64,000 bases of DNA from Takakia lepidozioides (GCA_030704615.1 CM060732.1:56420001-56484000); one strand, 5' to 3'. Shown: positions 25,318 to 37,717, numbered from the stretch's first letter. The notes: a model not told the origin generated them from the letters alone. Numbers and translations are program-made.

Positions 25318-26090
25318 GAAATGGGGCACCGCATTTCCAAAATTTTGGCAACTCTAAGAACCTCTTTTGGAAATGCGGCACCGCATTTCCAAAACAGGGG
25401 AGGGACTAAATTTTCCATTTCAATGTTGGCATAGTAAAAAGTAATCGGCCGATTGGAAATGCGGTGCCGCATTTCCAAAATTTCCTTTGTCCACACGCCA
25501 GTTTTGGCCTCTTCCGCTCATTGCATGGATGCCACCACGCTTACAGAGGTCAAACAAGGAGGTCAAACAAGGAGGTCGAGATGGCGGAATTGGAAATGCG
25601 GTGCCGCATTTCCATATTGGAGATGGTCGTTGTTCGAACTGCAGGCCCATCAGCAAAAATTGGCACCGCATTCCATTGTAAAAAAAAAGTCGATGACGGA
25701 CATGGAAATGCGGCGCCGCATTTCCAGAACGGACATCGCAATTTGTCCATTTGCAGACCCTCTCACGGAAATGCGGTAACGCATTCCATCGCGCTGGTCG
25801 GAAATGTCACACTTTTCGAAGTGTTGGACGGAAATGCGGCACCGCATTCCCTTGTCCAAAAAGAAGTTTCCATTGCCAAGCTGGAAATGCGTCGCCGCAT
25901 TTGCAATGCCAACATTGTTGTCTGTCCAATTTATAGACCTGTGTTGGTATTTCGTGTACCTGGACGGAAATGATGCACCGCATTTCATTGTCCGACATGG
26001 AAATGCGGTGCCGCATTCCAATGTCCGACATGGAAATGCGGTGCCGCATTCCAATGTCCGACATGGAAATGCGGTGCCGCATTTCGATGT
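25318..26090. repeat. Second cluster (~13 copies) of the same palindrome, irregularly spaced
   Basis: Examples at 25369, 25455, 25592, 25703, 25830, and three tandem units at ~25990-26085. Confidence 0.9.
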
Positions 26091-26342
26091 TTGACATGGC
26101 GTTACTCTGGTATATTCTTGACACATGACTCTCATACCGGTTACTCTGCTATATTCATCCGGACAGACACATTGTAGAAATGAGACATCAAATTGTAAAC
26201 AGTGGGCCAATTCGGACAGTTATTCAACAGAATGAAACACAATCATACAGAAGTGAGGTACGATGGGTTTATTGATCGGACATGATGTCTCACATTTACC
26301 AACTGCAGACAAAACTAAGCCCTTCCTCCTTCTACATGGGCT

Positions 26343-26920
26343 TCACCAAGTCGACGGAACTTCGATACCCCTCAAAACAAGCTCATCACTGCTTCGGCAC
26401 CTCGAGGTAAACTGCAATTCGGTAATTCTGCTGCCCTTGCTGGAGCCGACGACAATGTCATGTCCATCAATGATACCACCATCATACATTGACAAGGTCA
26501 CTGTGGGCCTCATGTGCCCGTGCGATTCGTCTTCGCAACTCAGCCGAATGTCTCCACACACTGGAAGAGCGGAGTGATCTGCACGTATATAGTTTTCCCC
26601 GGTGCCGTCCTCCCTGGTCCACTGGCAGCAGTTCCAGCTCCAAAGCGAGGCCATGCGTGATCTGTCCGGCATCCCTTTCCAGCTTGGTATATCGAGGTCA
26701 ACAATTTTCAGGACCCACGGACCGCATTGACCCTCGCCCTCACCTCGCTCAAAGCGGTAATAGCCCTCTTGATACTCCATTGCGCGCAAAGACTCTTGCT
26801 TGATTCCAGCAGCGTCTGTGAAAACAGAGAGCCAACAATGATGTCTCCTGATTCTGGTTTGAACATAGCATAATCGTGGCCATGATAAGGGCAGTCGGCT
26901 GGATTTCGGCGGCACGGCAT
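26343..26920 (-). CDS. Hypothetical protein, paralog 1 (~190 aa; 1-bp frameshift ~26836 here, intact in the copy at 38274-38852)
   Basis: MPCRRNPADCPYHGHDYAMF...WNCCQWT...GDIRL...YDGG...ELVLRGIEVP aligns end to end with 27477-28040. Confidence 0.7.
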
Positions 26921-27476
26921 CCTTGAAAAAGAGTAGCGGAGTATGCTCAATGACAGCAGCTCCCGGATGGAGGAGGAGCAGCGCGGTGGCTGGAAAAAGT
27001 TCAAGCTAACGCTGCAATTCCTCACAAACACTCCAGGGCACATTTAAATTTCCCCCCTACAGGATCCTGGACCGATGAAGATTGGCTGCTTCATGAATGT
27101 AGCCGTTTCAGTTTCCTACCCTGCCATGCAAACTATGGGCACTCACTGCCAGGTGGGCCGATAGCCACTGGACACGACGAAGTCCATCCCCTCTTCGATG
27201 TAAATGCGGCGCCGAATTTCCATCCGGGGGGATGGACTTCGGTGGCAGATCTCAAACTATAACTTGTTGATGAGAAAGATGTATGGGTTCATCCACCGCC
27301 GGCGTGATGAACACGTTCCACCTCCGTCGGTGGGTACGTGGGACCCAGATGCTCCATTATTGGAGGCCGGACTGCTCTTCCGCTTCGCATCATTTCCAAA
27401 ATCTAAGGGCTTCGTAGCTGTCCGCAAGGTCATTGTCATCTGCATCCAAGTCGTCCTCAGGTCCTCCTTTGCAAGG

Positions 27477-28040
27477 ATGCCGTGCTTCCGGAACCGGGAC
27501 GACTGCCCATTTGGAGGCATCGATTATGCAATGTATTCGGCCACATCGGGAGACATTGTTATCTGGTACACAGATTACAGAGAAGATACTGGTTCGATTG
27601 TGGAAACATTGGTGGCTTTTGAGTATATTCTAGGCCACTACGCCTTCGAGCGGGGTGACGATCTTGGTCTGAGGAGTCCGTGGCTCCTGCGCATCCTCGA
27701 TTCCGATTTTCCCAGCTACGACGGTCACCCATGCAGAAGAAGGCGCACTGCTATGCTGTTGCGGTGGAACTGCTGCCACTGGACGTGGGTGGACTCCATC
27801 GGAGAGACCTATTCTCCTGAAGGAGTGCGCTCCTCTTCTCCATTGTATGGGGACATTCGCATTGGTGTGGACGACGAAAACGTGAAGATTTCCATATTCG
27901 ATGGTGGTATGATTGAAGGGCAGGACATTGTGGTGAACATCACTAGGGGCGGTACAATGGCTGCAATCGACTTTACATGGAGAAGCCCCATGACTCATGA
28001 GCTAGTTCTGAGAGCAGTCGAAGTCCCATTGACAACGTGA
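27477..28040 (+). CDS. Hypothetical protein, paralog 2 (187 aa)
   Basis: MPCFRNRDDCPFGGIDYAMY...WNCCHWT...GDIRI...FDGG...ELVLRAVEVP; same CAAGG-ATG start context as paralog 1. Confidence 0.72.
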   Translation: MPCFRNRDDCPFGGIDYAMYSATSGDIVIWYTDYREDTGSIVETLVAFEYILGHYAFERGDDLGLRSPWLLRILDSDFPSYDGHPCRRRRTAMLLRWNCCHWTWVDSIGETYSPEGVRSSSPLYGDIRIGVDDENVKISIFDGGMIEGQDIVVNITRGGTMAAIDFTWRSPMTHELVLRAVEVPLTT

Positions 28041-28452
28041 CTTGTATTCACTAGGCACAGGGCTAAAGATTTGATTGCACAATCAGCACAGTAGACGTGC
28101 TTCAAATGCAATTCATGTGGATCAATAAAAACCTCATTGTGCCCTCTTTTTATTCTATTCTGTGTCCATCGTTCCCAGAATGCGTCATTGCTCATTTCGT
28201 TTGGGATTGGGAGTGTGGGTGGATTTTGCAAGTGGCTGGTAGGCTGAAATGGGACCCCATTGTACAGAGCAGTACCACCCTACCATTCGCGAAACATTGC
28301 CTTTCAATATATAATTCTAAATAACATTGCCGAACCTCCTTCATCGGGAGGTCCTTCTCCCCCTATGACCGTGGCACCCTAAACCCTATTCCTGCGGACA
28401 CTCATTTCCGGAAAATAGTGCTGCTCATGTTTTTTTCCACACTTACGACTCT

Positions 28453-28502
28453 GCTCATGGCTCATGCCGCTCATGGCTCATGGCTCATGAAATAGCAGCC
28501 CC
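28453..28502 (-). repeat. Right subterminal GCTCATG repeats / TIR of the MULE-like element
   Basis: GCTCATGGCTCATGCCGCTCATGGCTCATGGCTCATGAAATAGCAGCCCC; the same end recurs inverted at 36668-36740. Confidence 0.85.
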
Positions 28503-29769
28503 CCCTCAAAGTTGCCAATTGAGTAGTGGGAACATGGGATTTAACATAAGTACCCAACAAATTCAGTGTCCTGCTTATGGAACTCATAAGCATAGCCTGT
28601 TGAGGGTCATCATGGTGAGCTTGCTGCTGTTCTCCCTGATCCTCAACAGTGTGATGCCTTACAAACCATTCAGGCCATTGCCCCACCAGATTTTCTTCCT
28701 GAACCACTTCATCCGTCACCGGTGCTGCAGTGTCTTGGCATTCTACCTGTGGTACCTCCGTCACAGGTGTGTGTATTATATGCACCACAGGGTTTCCCCT
28801 GGACAATTGTTGCACCTCCGGAACCACTGTGTCCTTGACCATACCAGAATATTCATAGAGAAGGTCCCCTTTCTCAATTTCTGCCACCACCCGTTCTGTA
28901 GTGGGAATATCTAACCATTCTTTTTCTAAATCAATTATTTCTGGTTGAACTGCATGGACAACTTGTGGTAACCTTATGACAAGCCGATCCTCTGGCTCTG
29001 ATGGCTGTGATACTGAAGTAACTTCCCCTTCCCTCTCTGAAGGTCCTGCTTCCAGTAATAGCAGTTCTCTGTGCTGCTGTGCCCCTTCCTGCACAAAAAC
29101 TTGGGAAACATTATCATGCGGATTCCGTGAAGCCAGTGGATCCGCCACTACAGTCTTTCCCCGCCTCTGTCTCTTATTCTCGGGTTGCCCTGCCAGTCCA
29201 CCCTCACTGTGTGAAGAGCCTTGCTCTTCCATTGCAGTGGTTTCTGGCTCAAACACTCCCATTTCCTTTCTTTCTCGCGCATCAAGTATGCCAGAATCAA
29301 GAATTATTTGAGCAATGATTGGGCCAGACACTATGATAGGAGACTTTGCGGCAGTACCCTGCAATCTTTTCATCTCCTCTACCAGTGCGTTGTACATTAT
29401 GTCCGCCCATTCTACCTCTTCTCCTCTCAGGGCTTTGAGTATTTCCTTTGTGAAGGATCTGCTCAAATACTGTTGGTTCTGTTTCATGGCAAACAGAACG
29501 TTCAATACCTGGCCTACCTCCTTTAGCCCTGGGTACATGGCCTTGGTACAAGCATAACCTTGAGTTTTAAAGAAACTCCCTTCTTGGAATAAGTCTCCTA
29601 TTTGCAGTCTTGCCCTGTGCTCCTCCACATGCACTTGACCTGCTGGCAATCGAAACAATTGCTGTAGGTATAGGGGAGTGATTACTAATTCAACTCCCTT
29701 CACCGTTGTTGCTCCTGTCCTTGGCTCAAAGTTCTGCAAGAATTGTAACATGTACTGTCTATGGTGCAA
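28503..29769 (-). CDS. N-terminal part of the extra 3' ORF of element A (unknown function)
   Basis: Long open frame downstream of integrase in sense orientation (VKGVELVITP..LFRLP..VEWADIMY); cut by the DNA transposon. Confidence 0.65.
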
Positions 29770-29784
29770 TGTCCAATCTTTGCT

Positions 29785-32700
29785 TTACAATCCTTGCAAT
29801 CTCAGCTCCTTCAGTAACTGTATCGCCTGTGGAGTAGCAATCGTTTGTTTCTGCAGGATTGTGGTGCTCTTCACCCTGATTTCCTCCATTCCTCTCACTC
29901 TCTTCATTCTAGACCCACAGAAATGTTTTGGCTGTAACAATTGAAGAAATGCCTGCAGGGCACAAGGCATAAACGTATGGTTGCCACAAAAAGCTATGGG
30001 TAATTTCTTGTAAGCCTGCGGGGCTTGCAAGCATCGCTCAAGAGAAAAAATCCGCTCTGTTGTTTCGTCCCTATGCCACTGCGTAAGTAATATTGCGAGC
30101 GTATAGTCTGTTAGTTCCTCCATAGCTTCAAAGCTATAGCATTGATGGTTTGTCCCGTCGAGACGCCCGTTACTCAGAACGACGCCGACTCTTGCGCTTA
30201 ATTTCCCTCCAATTTCTTGATCCCTTCTCTGGCTTTCTATTGGCTGTAACCGTTGTGACTGGATTTTAGATTTAATTTTCTTTAGTGGACTTTCCTTGCT
30301 AGACTGTCCACTAGGATAACACATGTGACAAGAATTTTGCTTTTCTGTACTTGCCGTTTGTTCTGTTGCCCCTTTTCTGTATTCATTAATGGGCCTGCCA
30401 TTCATCCAATTTGACGCGCTGATTAGATATTTTGACGGCCATTCTTGTCCTCTTTCTTGATGACATCCGTTCCTGCACTTCCTTCTCAGCTGTGTGTTGC
30501 GCCCTGACTTCCACGTGTCCCTTTCTAAACTGGCTTCCGTCCTTTTTTCCGCCGGCCATTTCACTGAAGTTATCCTGCGTCCACCTGTCACTGATTCTAT
30601 GGATTGTGTAACCCTAGTAGGCTGTGTTAAGCTGTGACAGGCTGTGTCATACTGTGGTATGCCGTGATAGGCTGTGATACACTGTGGTAAGCTGTGATAG
30701 GCTGTGACACGCTGTGGTAAGCTATGATAGGCTGTGACACGCTGTGGTAGGTCGTGATAGGCTGTGTTGCGCCGTGCTGGGCTGTGATATGCTGTGTCGC
30801 GCCTTGATGGGCTATGATAGGCTGTGTCTCGTCGTGATGGGCTGTGATAGGTTGTGTCACGCTTGTTTTGCCCGCCCTGGTCATATATGCTCGGCCTAGC
30901 GACAAGTGCTCCATACTCCATTGGTAGCACTGGCGCAGCCCGTGACTGCTTTTGCGTTTCAACATGCAAATCATGCTGCAATGGTTTGTCATGGATATCA
31001 CTGTACCCCTTCAACTTATTAGCATTGACTCTTCCCAGCATCTCTTTGTTAATGGTTTGTAACATGGCGGTGTTATTATCATACATCTTTTGTATGACAT
31101 AAGGTCCTTTCCATGGTGATTTAAGCTTAGAAGCTTTAATCTTTCCTTTCTTTTTCAACCATAGAACCAAATCTCCCGTCTTAAAAGTCTTTAACTTGCC
31201 TTCATCAAACTATTCCTTCCTCTTCATCTGAATTCTGGTCATATTATCAGCCGCATCAGCACGTACTTCTTCCACATGGTATAATTCATGTTTTCTGACT
31301 TTAATGGAATCTTGCAATTCCATTCTCTTTCCCCATTCCGTTCTCATGGTAGGTAACAGGAATTCCACTGGAAGTAAGGCTTCCATACCATAAACTAATT
31401 GGAATGGTGTATACTTAGTGGTGACTTTATATGAAGTCATGTATGACCACAAAGCTGTCAGCAGCTTTGTATCCCAATCCGTTCTGTTTGCATTGACTAT
31501 CTTAGCCAAGATAGTACATAGTATTTTGTTGGTAGCCTCTGCCTGCCCATTACCCTGTGCACAATCATGAACTCTTTAGTCAATAATTCAATGGTCTCAT
31601 TAATGAAGTGACTTCCTTGATCACTGATAAATTCCAAGGGACAGCCAAATCGTGTAAGTATGTTCTCATACAGAAACCTTGCTGTGGACTTGGCTGTGTT
31701 GTCCCTCAAAGCTTTAGCTTCCACCCACTTCGTAGTATAATCAGTGGCTGTAATTATGTACCTGTTCTGTGTATTCTTGGCTGGTGGGTTAATTGGTCCA
31801 ACAAAGTCTAGTCCCCATTTCTGAAATGGTTCCGTAGGCATTGTAGGATGCAAAGACATTTTCCCAGATCTCTGCAAAGGTCCTAGCCTCTGACATTCAT
31901 CACAACTCTGACAATACTTGTGTACATCTTTGAACAAAGTAGGCCACCAGTAACCTGCATGTAGTATTTTCCTGCTGGTAGTCTCTTCTCCAAAATGACC
32001 TCCTGCCACTCCTTTATGAACTTCCTCCAAAACTTTATTAACTCCATGGTGGTATAAGCATCGCTTCAGCACTCCATCTAGTCCTAGCTTATACATTCTG
32101 CTCCCTACCATAGTGTAAGGTAGAGCCTTGATAGCAATTCTCTTTCTCTGCTCCTTTCCATAACTTGGTGGGCACTGACCATGAGCAAGGTAGTATCTGA
32201 TTGGCCACTGCCAATCTAACCAGTCATCTGCACTTCCCTGCACCTCCACTGCAAATAGACTCGCATCTGGTAATTGATCATCTACTCCTGTGGCTGGTTC
32301 TCCTGTTGATAACCGTGACAAGTGATCCGCCACAAGATGCAGTCTCCCAGGCTTATAAACAACCTCGAACTCAAACTCGTGCAAGATTATCAACCATCTT
32401 GCTATTCTTCCGCTTATCAGAGGTTTGTTTACTAGGTCTATCAGAGCCTGGTGATCCACATAGAACATAAACTTTTTGCCCAACAGGTAATGCCTGAATT
32501 TCTTCACTGCATAGATCATTGCCAATGCTTCTCTTTCCGTTGTGCTATAATTTCTTTCGGCATTGTTCATCAATCGGCTAGCATAGTACACAGGGGAATC
32601 TATCCTTCCTGTTACATTTTGGGCTAACACTGCTCCTAGTGCTTCTCATGAAGCATCACAGTGAACATGAAATATTTCCTGCCAGTGAGGACTAATCAGC

Positions 32701-33779
32701 ACAGGTATAGTTGTTACTGACAATGTAAGTTCCTCAAAAGCCTGTTGACATTCAGGTGTCCATGCAAACACTGCATCTTTCTTCAGAAGTTTGCTCAATG
32801 GTGCTGCTATCTGTGCATACCGTCTGACAAATCTTATGTAATAGCTGGTTTGTCCAAGGAATCTCCTTAGACTCTTAACATTCACTGGTGGTGGAGAGGC
32901 TTTAATGGCTTCTGTTTTCCTGGGATCCAGTAGAAGTCCCCTCTTACACACAATGTGTCCCAGAAGCACCCCTGAGTTCACACAGAAAGTACACTTCTCT
33001 GGATTCAGGCCCAGACCTCTCATCTTGCATCTGGCCAGACATAACTCCAATTTATGTAAGTGCTCATTCTTAGAGCTGTACACACTGAAATCATCCAAGA
33101 ATACCTGCATGAAATCATCCAGATACTCATGAAAAGATTCACTTATCACTCTCTGAAAGGTCGCTGGTGCATTACAAAGTCCAAAGGGCATGACTTTGTA
33201 TGCATAAGCACCCCAGTCTGTGATGAAAGCTGTTTTTCCTTGGTCTTCTTCTGCCACTTGCACTTGATTATAACCACTGAAGCCATCCATGAATGAGTAC
33301 ATCTCATGGCCTGCCACAGTGTCTAATACTGCTTCTGTGAATGGCAAAGGGAAAGGATCTTTCTTCGTACAAGCATTCAACTTCTTGTAGTTCACACAAA
33401 CTCTTAGTTTACCATTCTGCTTGGGAACTATCACAATGGGTGACAACCAAGTTGTATACTCTATTGGGTATATAAAATTAGCCTCAGCCAACTTCTTGAT
33501 CTCTTCTCCAACCTTTTGTGCGTAGTTGGGATTCATTCTGTACCTTGCCTACTTGATTGGTACTGACCCCGGTTCCAGTTCAATCTTATGCTGACAGATT
33601 TCAGTTGGTATCCCTTTTAAATCCTCATAGCTCCAAGCAAATACATCTCTGTATTTGATGAACAAACTCTTAGCTTCTTCAACGAATTCTGGCTCCAAAT
33701 CAGCTCCTACCTTCACCATCATCGGTTCCTCTTTAGTTCCCACATTCACTTCCCTCACTTGCTCATCAGCTGTGATTGT
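29785..33779 (-). pseudogene. pol: Element A pol: RT, RNase H, integrase with GPY motif and long C-terminal extension
   Basis: LRVCVNYKKLN, MDGFSGYNQ, MPFGLCNAPATFQ, FLDD, HCDAS, ADHLSR, GLDFVGP, FISDQG, WKGPY; several stops and frameshifts. Confidence 0.93.
30620..30860. repeat. ~27-bp tandem repeat (CTGTGATAGGCTGTG...) in the post-integrase extension
   Basis: Translates as repeated TAYHSxxxR units; related to the GGCTGTG repeats of the LTR. Confidence 0.8.
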
Positions 33780-36666
33780 TCAACCAGTCACCACTTCATC
33801 CTGTAAACTCACAGTGGCTAGTTCCTCTAGGGTTTCCATTTCTCCTTCTTTTTCTTCATAGAAATGTGATGGATAACTGCTAATTTCCTCTTCAATCGGT
33901 GTTGTTGACACTACACCACAGCAGATACCCCTTAAACAACTTAGGCCTTCCAGCCTCATCTCTGCAACCTGCTCCCACTCTGGGTGTGCAGCAAACATGG
34001 TAGCTTCCTGCTCCTCATCCAGTCCTCCTCTCGAGTCATACTCTCTGACTCCTCGAGGTCTTCTCGTAGCATGTAATCTACTAGATTTCTTTGTGGTAAT
34101 TTGTATCTCGTGTATCCCATTATGCACGGTTAGTAACTGAGAATTCCAGTCATGGAATACCCTGGCCTGTTTCAGCCACGGACGTCCCAATAATAAGGAG
34201 TAAGCCTCCATGACTTCATCCATCTTCAACACAGTTACTGTGATCATAAAGATCATCTTCTGTATCTGTATCTTCACTCCTCTTATTAATCCCAATGGTT
34301 GTACACTTCTTTGATCTGCCATTGTTACTGTAAATGGGGCTGGTTTCATGTTACTTAGACAAAGCTTCTTCCTTAATTGGTCTGTCATGATATTTACTCC
34401 AGAACCTCCATCTATCAGTACATCAATTAGTTCCGTGCTTCCAATTCTCAATTGGATTACTGGCATAGAATCATCAAAGTCCATGACTGTTTCTCGCCCT
34501 TCCGGCTTCACATTATAACTGGTCACCTTGCTGTTCAGGTCTGTGTTTCCTGTCTCCTGGGCAATTCGATTGATTGCTTGATACAGCCTGTGCCTACAAT
34601 AAGGTGCCACAACCAATAGCTGTCCAATGGTAATCTCTGCTTTGGTCTGGCATATTACTTCAGCCAAAGTCTCTTCATTACTTTGCATGTCTGCATCTTC
34701 TTTCTTCCTTTCATCCTCACTCACTTTTTCTTCTCCATCAGAATCAGAGGAATCTGCCACAGGAATATCAGTACTCTTCTGCATTTCCCTTATGGTATCT
34801 GCCACTTCCTTGTGCAGTTCCTTCTCATCTCTCCAAGCCTCATCATCTTCCGGCATATCACTGCCACCTTCATTATCATCTTCTTCCTCTACTACTGGAG
34901 GTATTAGTTTGGCTTTACTTCTTGTTACTATCATTGTACTTACTTCTGGTACAACACATGGCCTAACCATGTGAGCTGCCACCCTTGGGCCCTCATTCAT
35001 AGGAGCTCTCATCTCATTCTGGTGTCTAATCGAGAATGAACAGGCTGCCTTGCGATGTCCTGGCTGAATACAATAGTAACATAGTTCTTCACCATTGGGT
35101 CCTCGCCCTTGGTCTGCTCTTGGATTATTTCTGTAATCCTGATTCCCGGGCTGGTAATTCCCCCTTGGATTACCCTGATAGTTGCCTCTGGAATTTCCTT
35201 GGTAATTCCCTCTTGAATTACCTCTCCCTTCCATGCCATTGTTATAACCACCAGACCTACCATAGTGGTCCTGATCATTGTTTCTTCTTGGCTGGGCCTG
35301 CACCCGATGCACCCTTACTTGCCAAGGTTCTCTTGCAACTGTCCTTCTGTTGTAGTAACAATTCTCAGTAGAATGGTTATCCATTTTACAGATAGTACAG
35401 TGTTTCTCCTTCATGTGGCATTCTGTGGTGGTATGGCCTTCATTCTGGCACTTTGCACACCATACACCCTTCCTCCAATGTGTTGCAGCCTCTGTGGCAT
35501 ACTTCTTCAAGATTTCTTCCAATCTTTTCTCATAGTTATCCCTCTTCAACTTCTCCTTTCTCTTACTCTTCCTTTTTAGTTCTTGCTCTTCTTCTTCTTC
35601 ATCTGACTCATCCTCAGAGTCATCATCATCCCTTTTCTCTCTCCTGAGCATTCCCAATTGCTCAATTGTGTTTGCAATTTCAAATGCCTCCTCCACTGTA
35701 TTATGGGGTAACATATCCACTTTCTTTTGCAACTCAGGTCTTAGTCCACTCACAAACCAAGTCTTCTGTAACCCTGGTGCTGGTACTGCAGCCAGCTTTT
35801 TCATCATCAATTCCATCTTTTCCATATACTCCTCAACAGTTTCATGCTTCTTTTGCTTTAACTGTTGTAAACTCCCATACACTTCATCCTCAGTTTTACT
35901 TGTCCTGAACCTATTTCGGAATGCTGTATTCAAGCCATTCCAGGTTAGGAAATGATTATCAGGGAATCTTGCATACCATTCACTTGCTTTCTTGATAAGT
36001 GAACAAGGAAACAATCTCATCTTGGCATCATCGCCATTCTCATTGTTCACTATACACATGTGCTCAAATTGGCTAATGTGTACATCGGGATCCCCTTTTC
36101 CTGAATATATTGGAAAAGGTGGTTTTGCCCGTGTTGGTTGTAACGCCATCTGTGGCCCTACCTTCTGCCCACTGACAGGTGCTGGCACCCTTGCTGGTGC
36201 TGGTCCTTCTGGACCTGTTGTTGTTGTGGTGGATCTTTCACCAAGTGGTGGCCCTTGAGCACTCCCTACTACTGGCCCCACGATATTCACAGTATTCCCA
36301 GCTTCAGTTGCACTACTTCCCACACTCCCTGTCCCCCAAGAGCCAGATCCAGGCAGCCCACCTGATCCCCCTGAGCCGACACCTTTGTTGGCCTGTGATC
36401 CAAGTGCTCCACTTGATCCAGGTCCAACGGGTTGGGATGTCCTGGTTGTAGTCTCAACCTCAGCTGTTGGGTCTACTTCTTCATATTCTTCCTCTTCCAA
36501 TTTCTTCTCTCTGTTTTCATCCTCCAAGTTCTGCCCTTGGGTTTCTTCTTCACTCATGTAACTCAACTGTAATGGTGTTGGAGAGTCTGAACTCTCCGTT
36601 GGCTCTGCCACATCCTCTCCTCCCTCTTCACCTTCCGCTTCAGAAATTGGAGTTCCAGCTTTTGGT
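33780..36666 (-). pseudogene. gag: Element A gag-protease (5'-truncated copy abutting the transposon right end)
   Basis: YSGKGDPDVHI, WFVSGLRP, three CCHC knuckles, LIDGGSGVN, LLGRPW. Confidence 0.92.
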
Positions 36667-37153
36667 GGGGGGCTGCTATTTCATGAGCCATGAGCCATGA
36701 GCGGCATGAGCCATGAGCCATGAGCGGCATGAGCCATGAGCAGAGTCGTAAGTGTGGAAAAAAACATGAGCAGCACTATTTTCCGGAAATGAGTGTCCGC
36801 GGGAATACGGTTTAGGGTGCCACGGTCATAGGGGGAGAAGGACCTCCCGATGAAGGAGGTTCGGCAATGTTATTTAGAATTATATATTGAAAGGCAATGT
36901 TTCGCGAATGATAGGGTGGTACTGCTCTGTACAATGGGGGCCCATTTCAGCCTACCAGCCACTTGCAAAATCCACCCACACTCCCAATCCCAAACGAAAT
37001 GAGCAATGACGCATTCTGGGAACGATGGACACAGAATAGAATAAAAAGAGGGCACAATGAGGTTTTTATTGATCCACATGAATTGCATTTGAAGCACGTC
37101 TACTGTGCTGATTGTGCAATCAAATCTTTAGCCCTGTGCCTAGTGAATACAAG

Positions 37154-37717
37154 TCACGTTGTCAATGGGACTTCGACTGCTATCAGAACTAGCTCATGAG
37201 TCATGGGGCTCCTCCATGTAAAGTCGATTGCAGCCGTTGTACCGCCCCTAGTGATGTTCACCACAATGTCCTGCCCTTCAATCATACCACCATCGAATAT
37301 GGAAATCTTCACGTTTTCGTCGTCCACACCAATGCGAATGTCCCCATACAATGGAGAAGAGGAGCGCACTCCTTCAGGAGAATAGGTCTCTCCGATGGAG
37401 TCCACCCACGTCCAGTGGCAGCAGTTCCACCGCAACAGCATAGCAGTGCGCCTTCTTCTGCATGGGTGACCGTCGTAGCTGGGAAAATCGGAATCGAGGA
37501 TGCGCAGGAGCCACGGACTCCTCAGACCAAGATCGTCACCCCGCTCGAAGGCGTAGTGGCCTAGAATATACTCAAAAGCCACCAATGTTTCCACAATCGA
37601 ACCAGTATCTTCTCTGTAATCTGTGTACCAGATAACAATGTCTCCCGATGTGGCCGAATACATTGCATAATCGATGCCTCCAAATGGGCAGTCGTCCCGG
37701 TTCCGGAAGCACGGCAT
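37154..37717 (-). CDS. Copy of hypothetical paralog 2
   Basis: Near-identical to 27477-28040. Confidence 0.7.
   Translation of the reverse strand: MPCFRNRDDCPFGGIDYAMYSATSGDIVIWYTDYREDTGSIVETLVAFEYILGHYAFERGDDLGLRSPWLLRILDSDFPSYDGHPCRRRRTAMLLRWNCCHWTWVDSIGETYSPEGVRSSSPLYGDIRIGVDDENVKISIFDGGMIEGQDIVVNITRGGTTAAIDFTWRSPMTHELVLIAVEVPLTT

Larger units (their letters stand above)
6550..28502 (-). mobile_element. Large Mutator-like (MULE) DNA transposon, ~15 kb without the nested chromovirus
   Basis: TSD (C)CCTCAAAG at 6541-6549 and 28503-28511 (7-9 bp, ambiguous in the C-run). Near-terminal inverted motif CTATTTCATGAGC (6559) / GCTCATGAAATAG (28495) with CATGAGC repeats. Interrupts element A's 3' ORF cleanly and encodes a DDE+SWIM transposase. 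Confidence 0.88.

Noticed and set aside
27204-27476. N-terminal extension of the 278-aa ORF
   Set aside because: The upstream ATG comes from a palindrome copy; homology with the paralog begins at the ATG at 27477.
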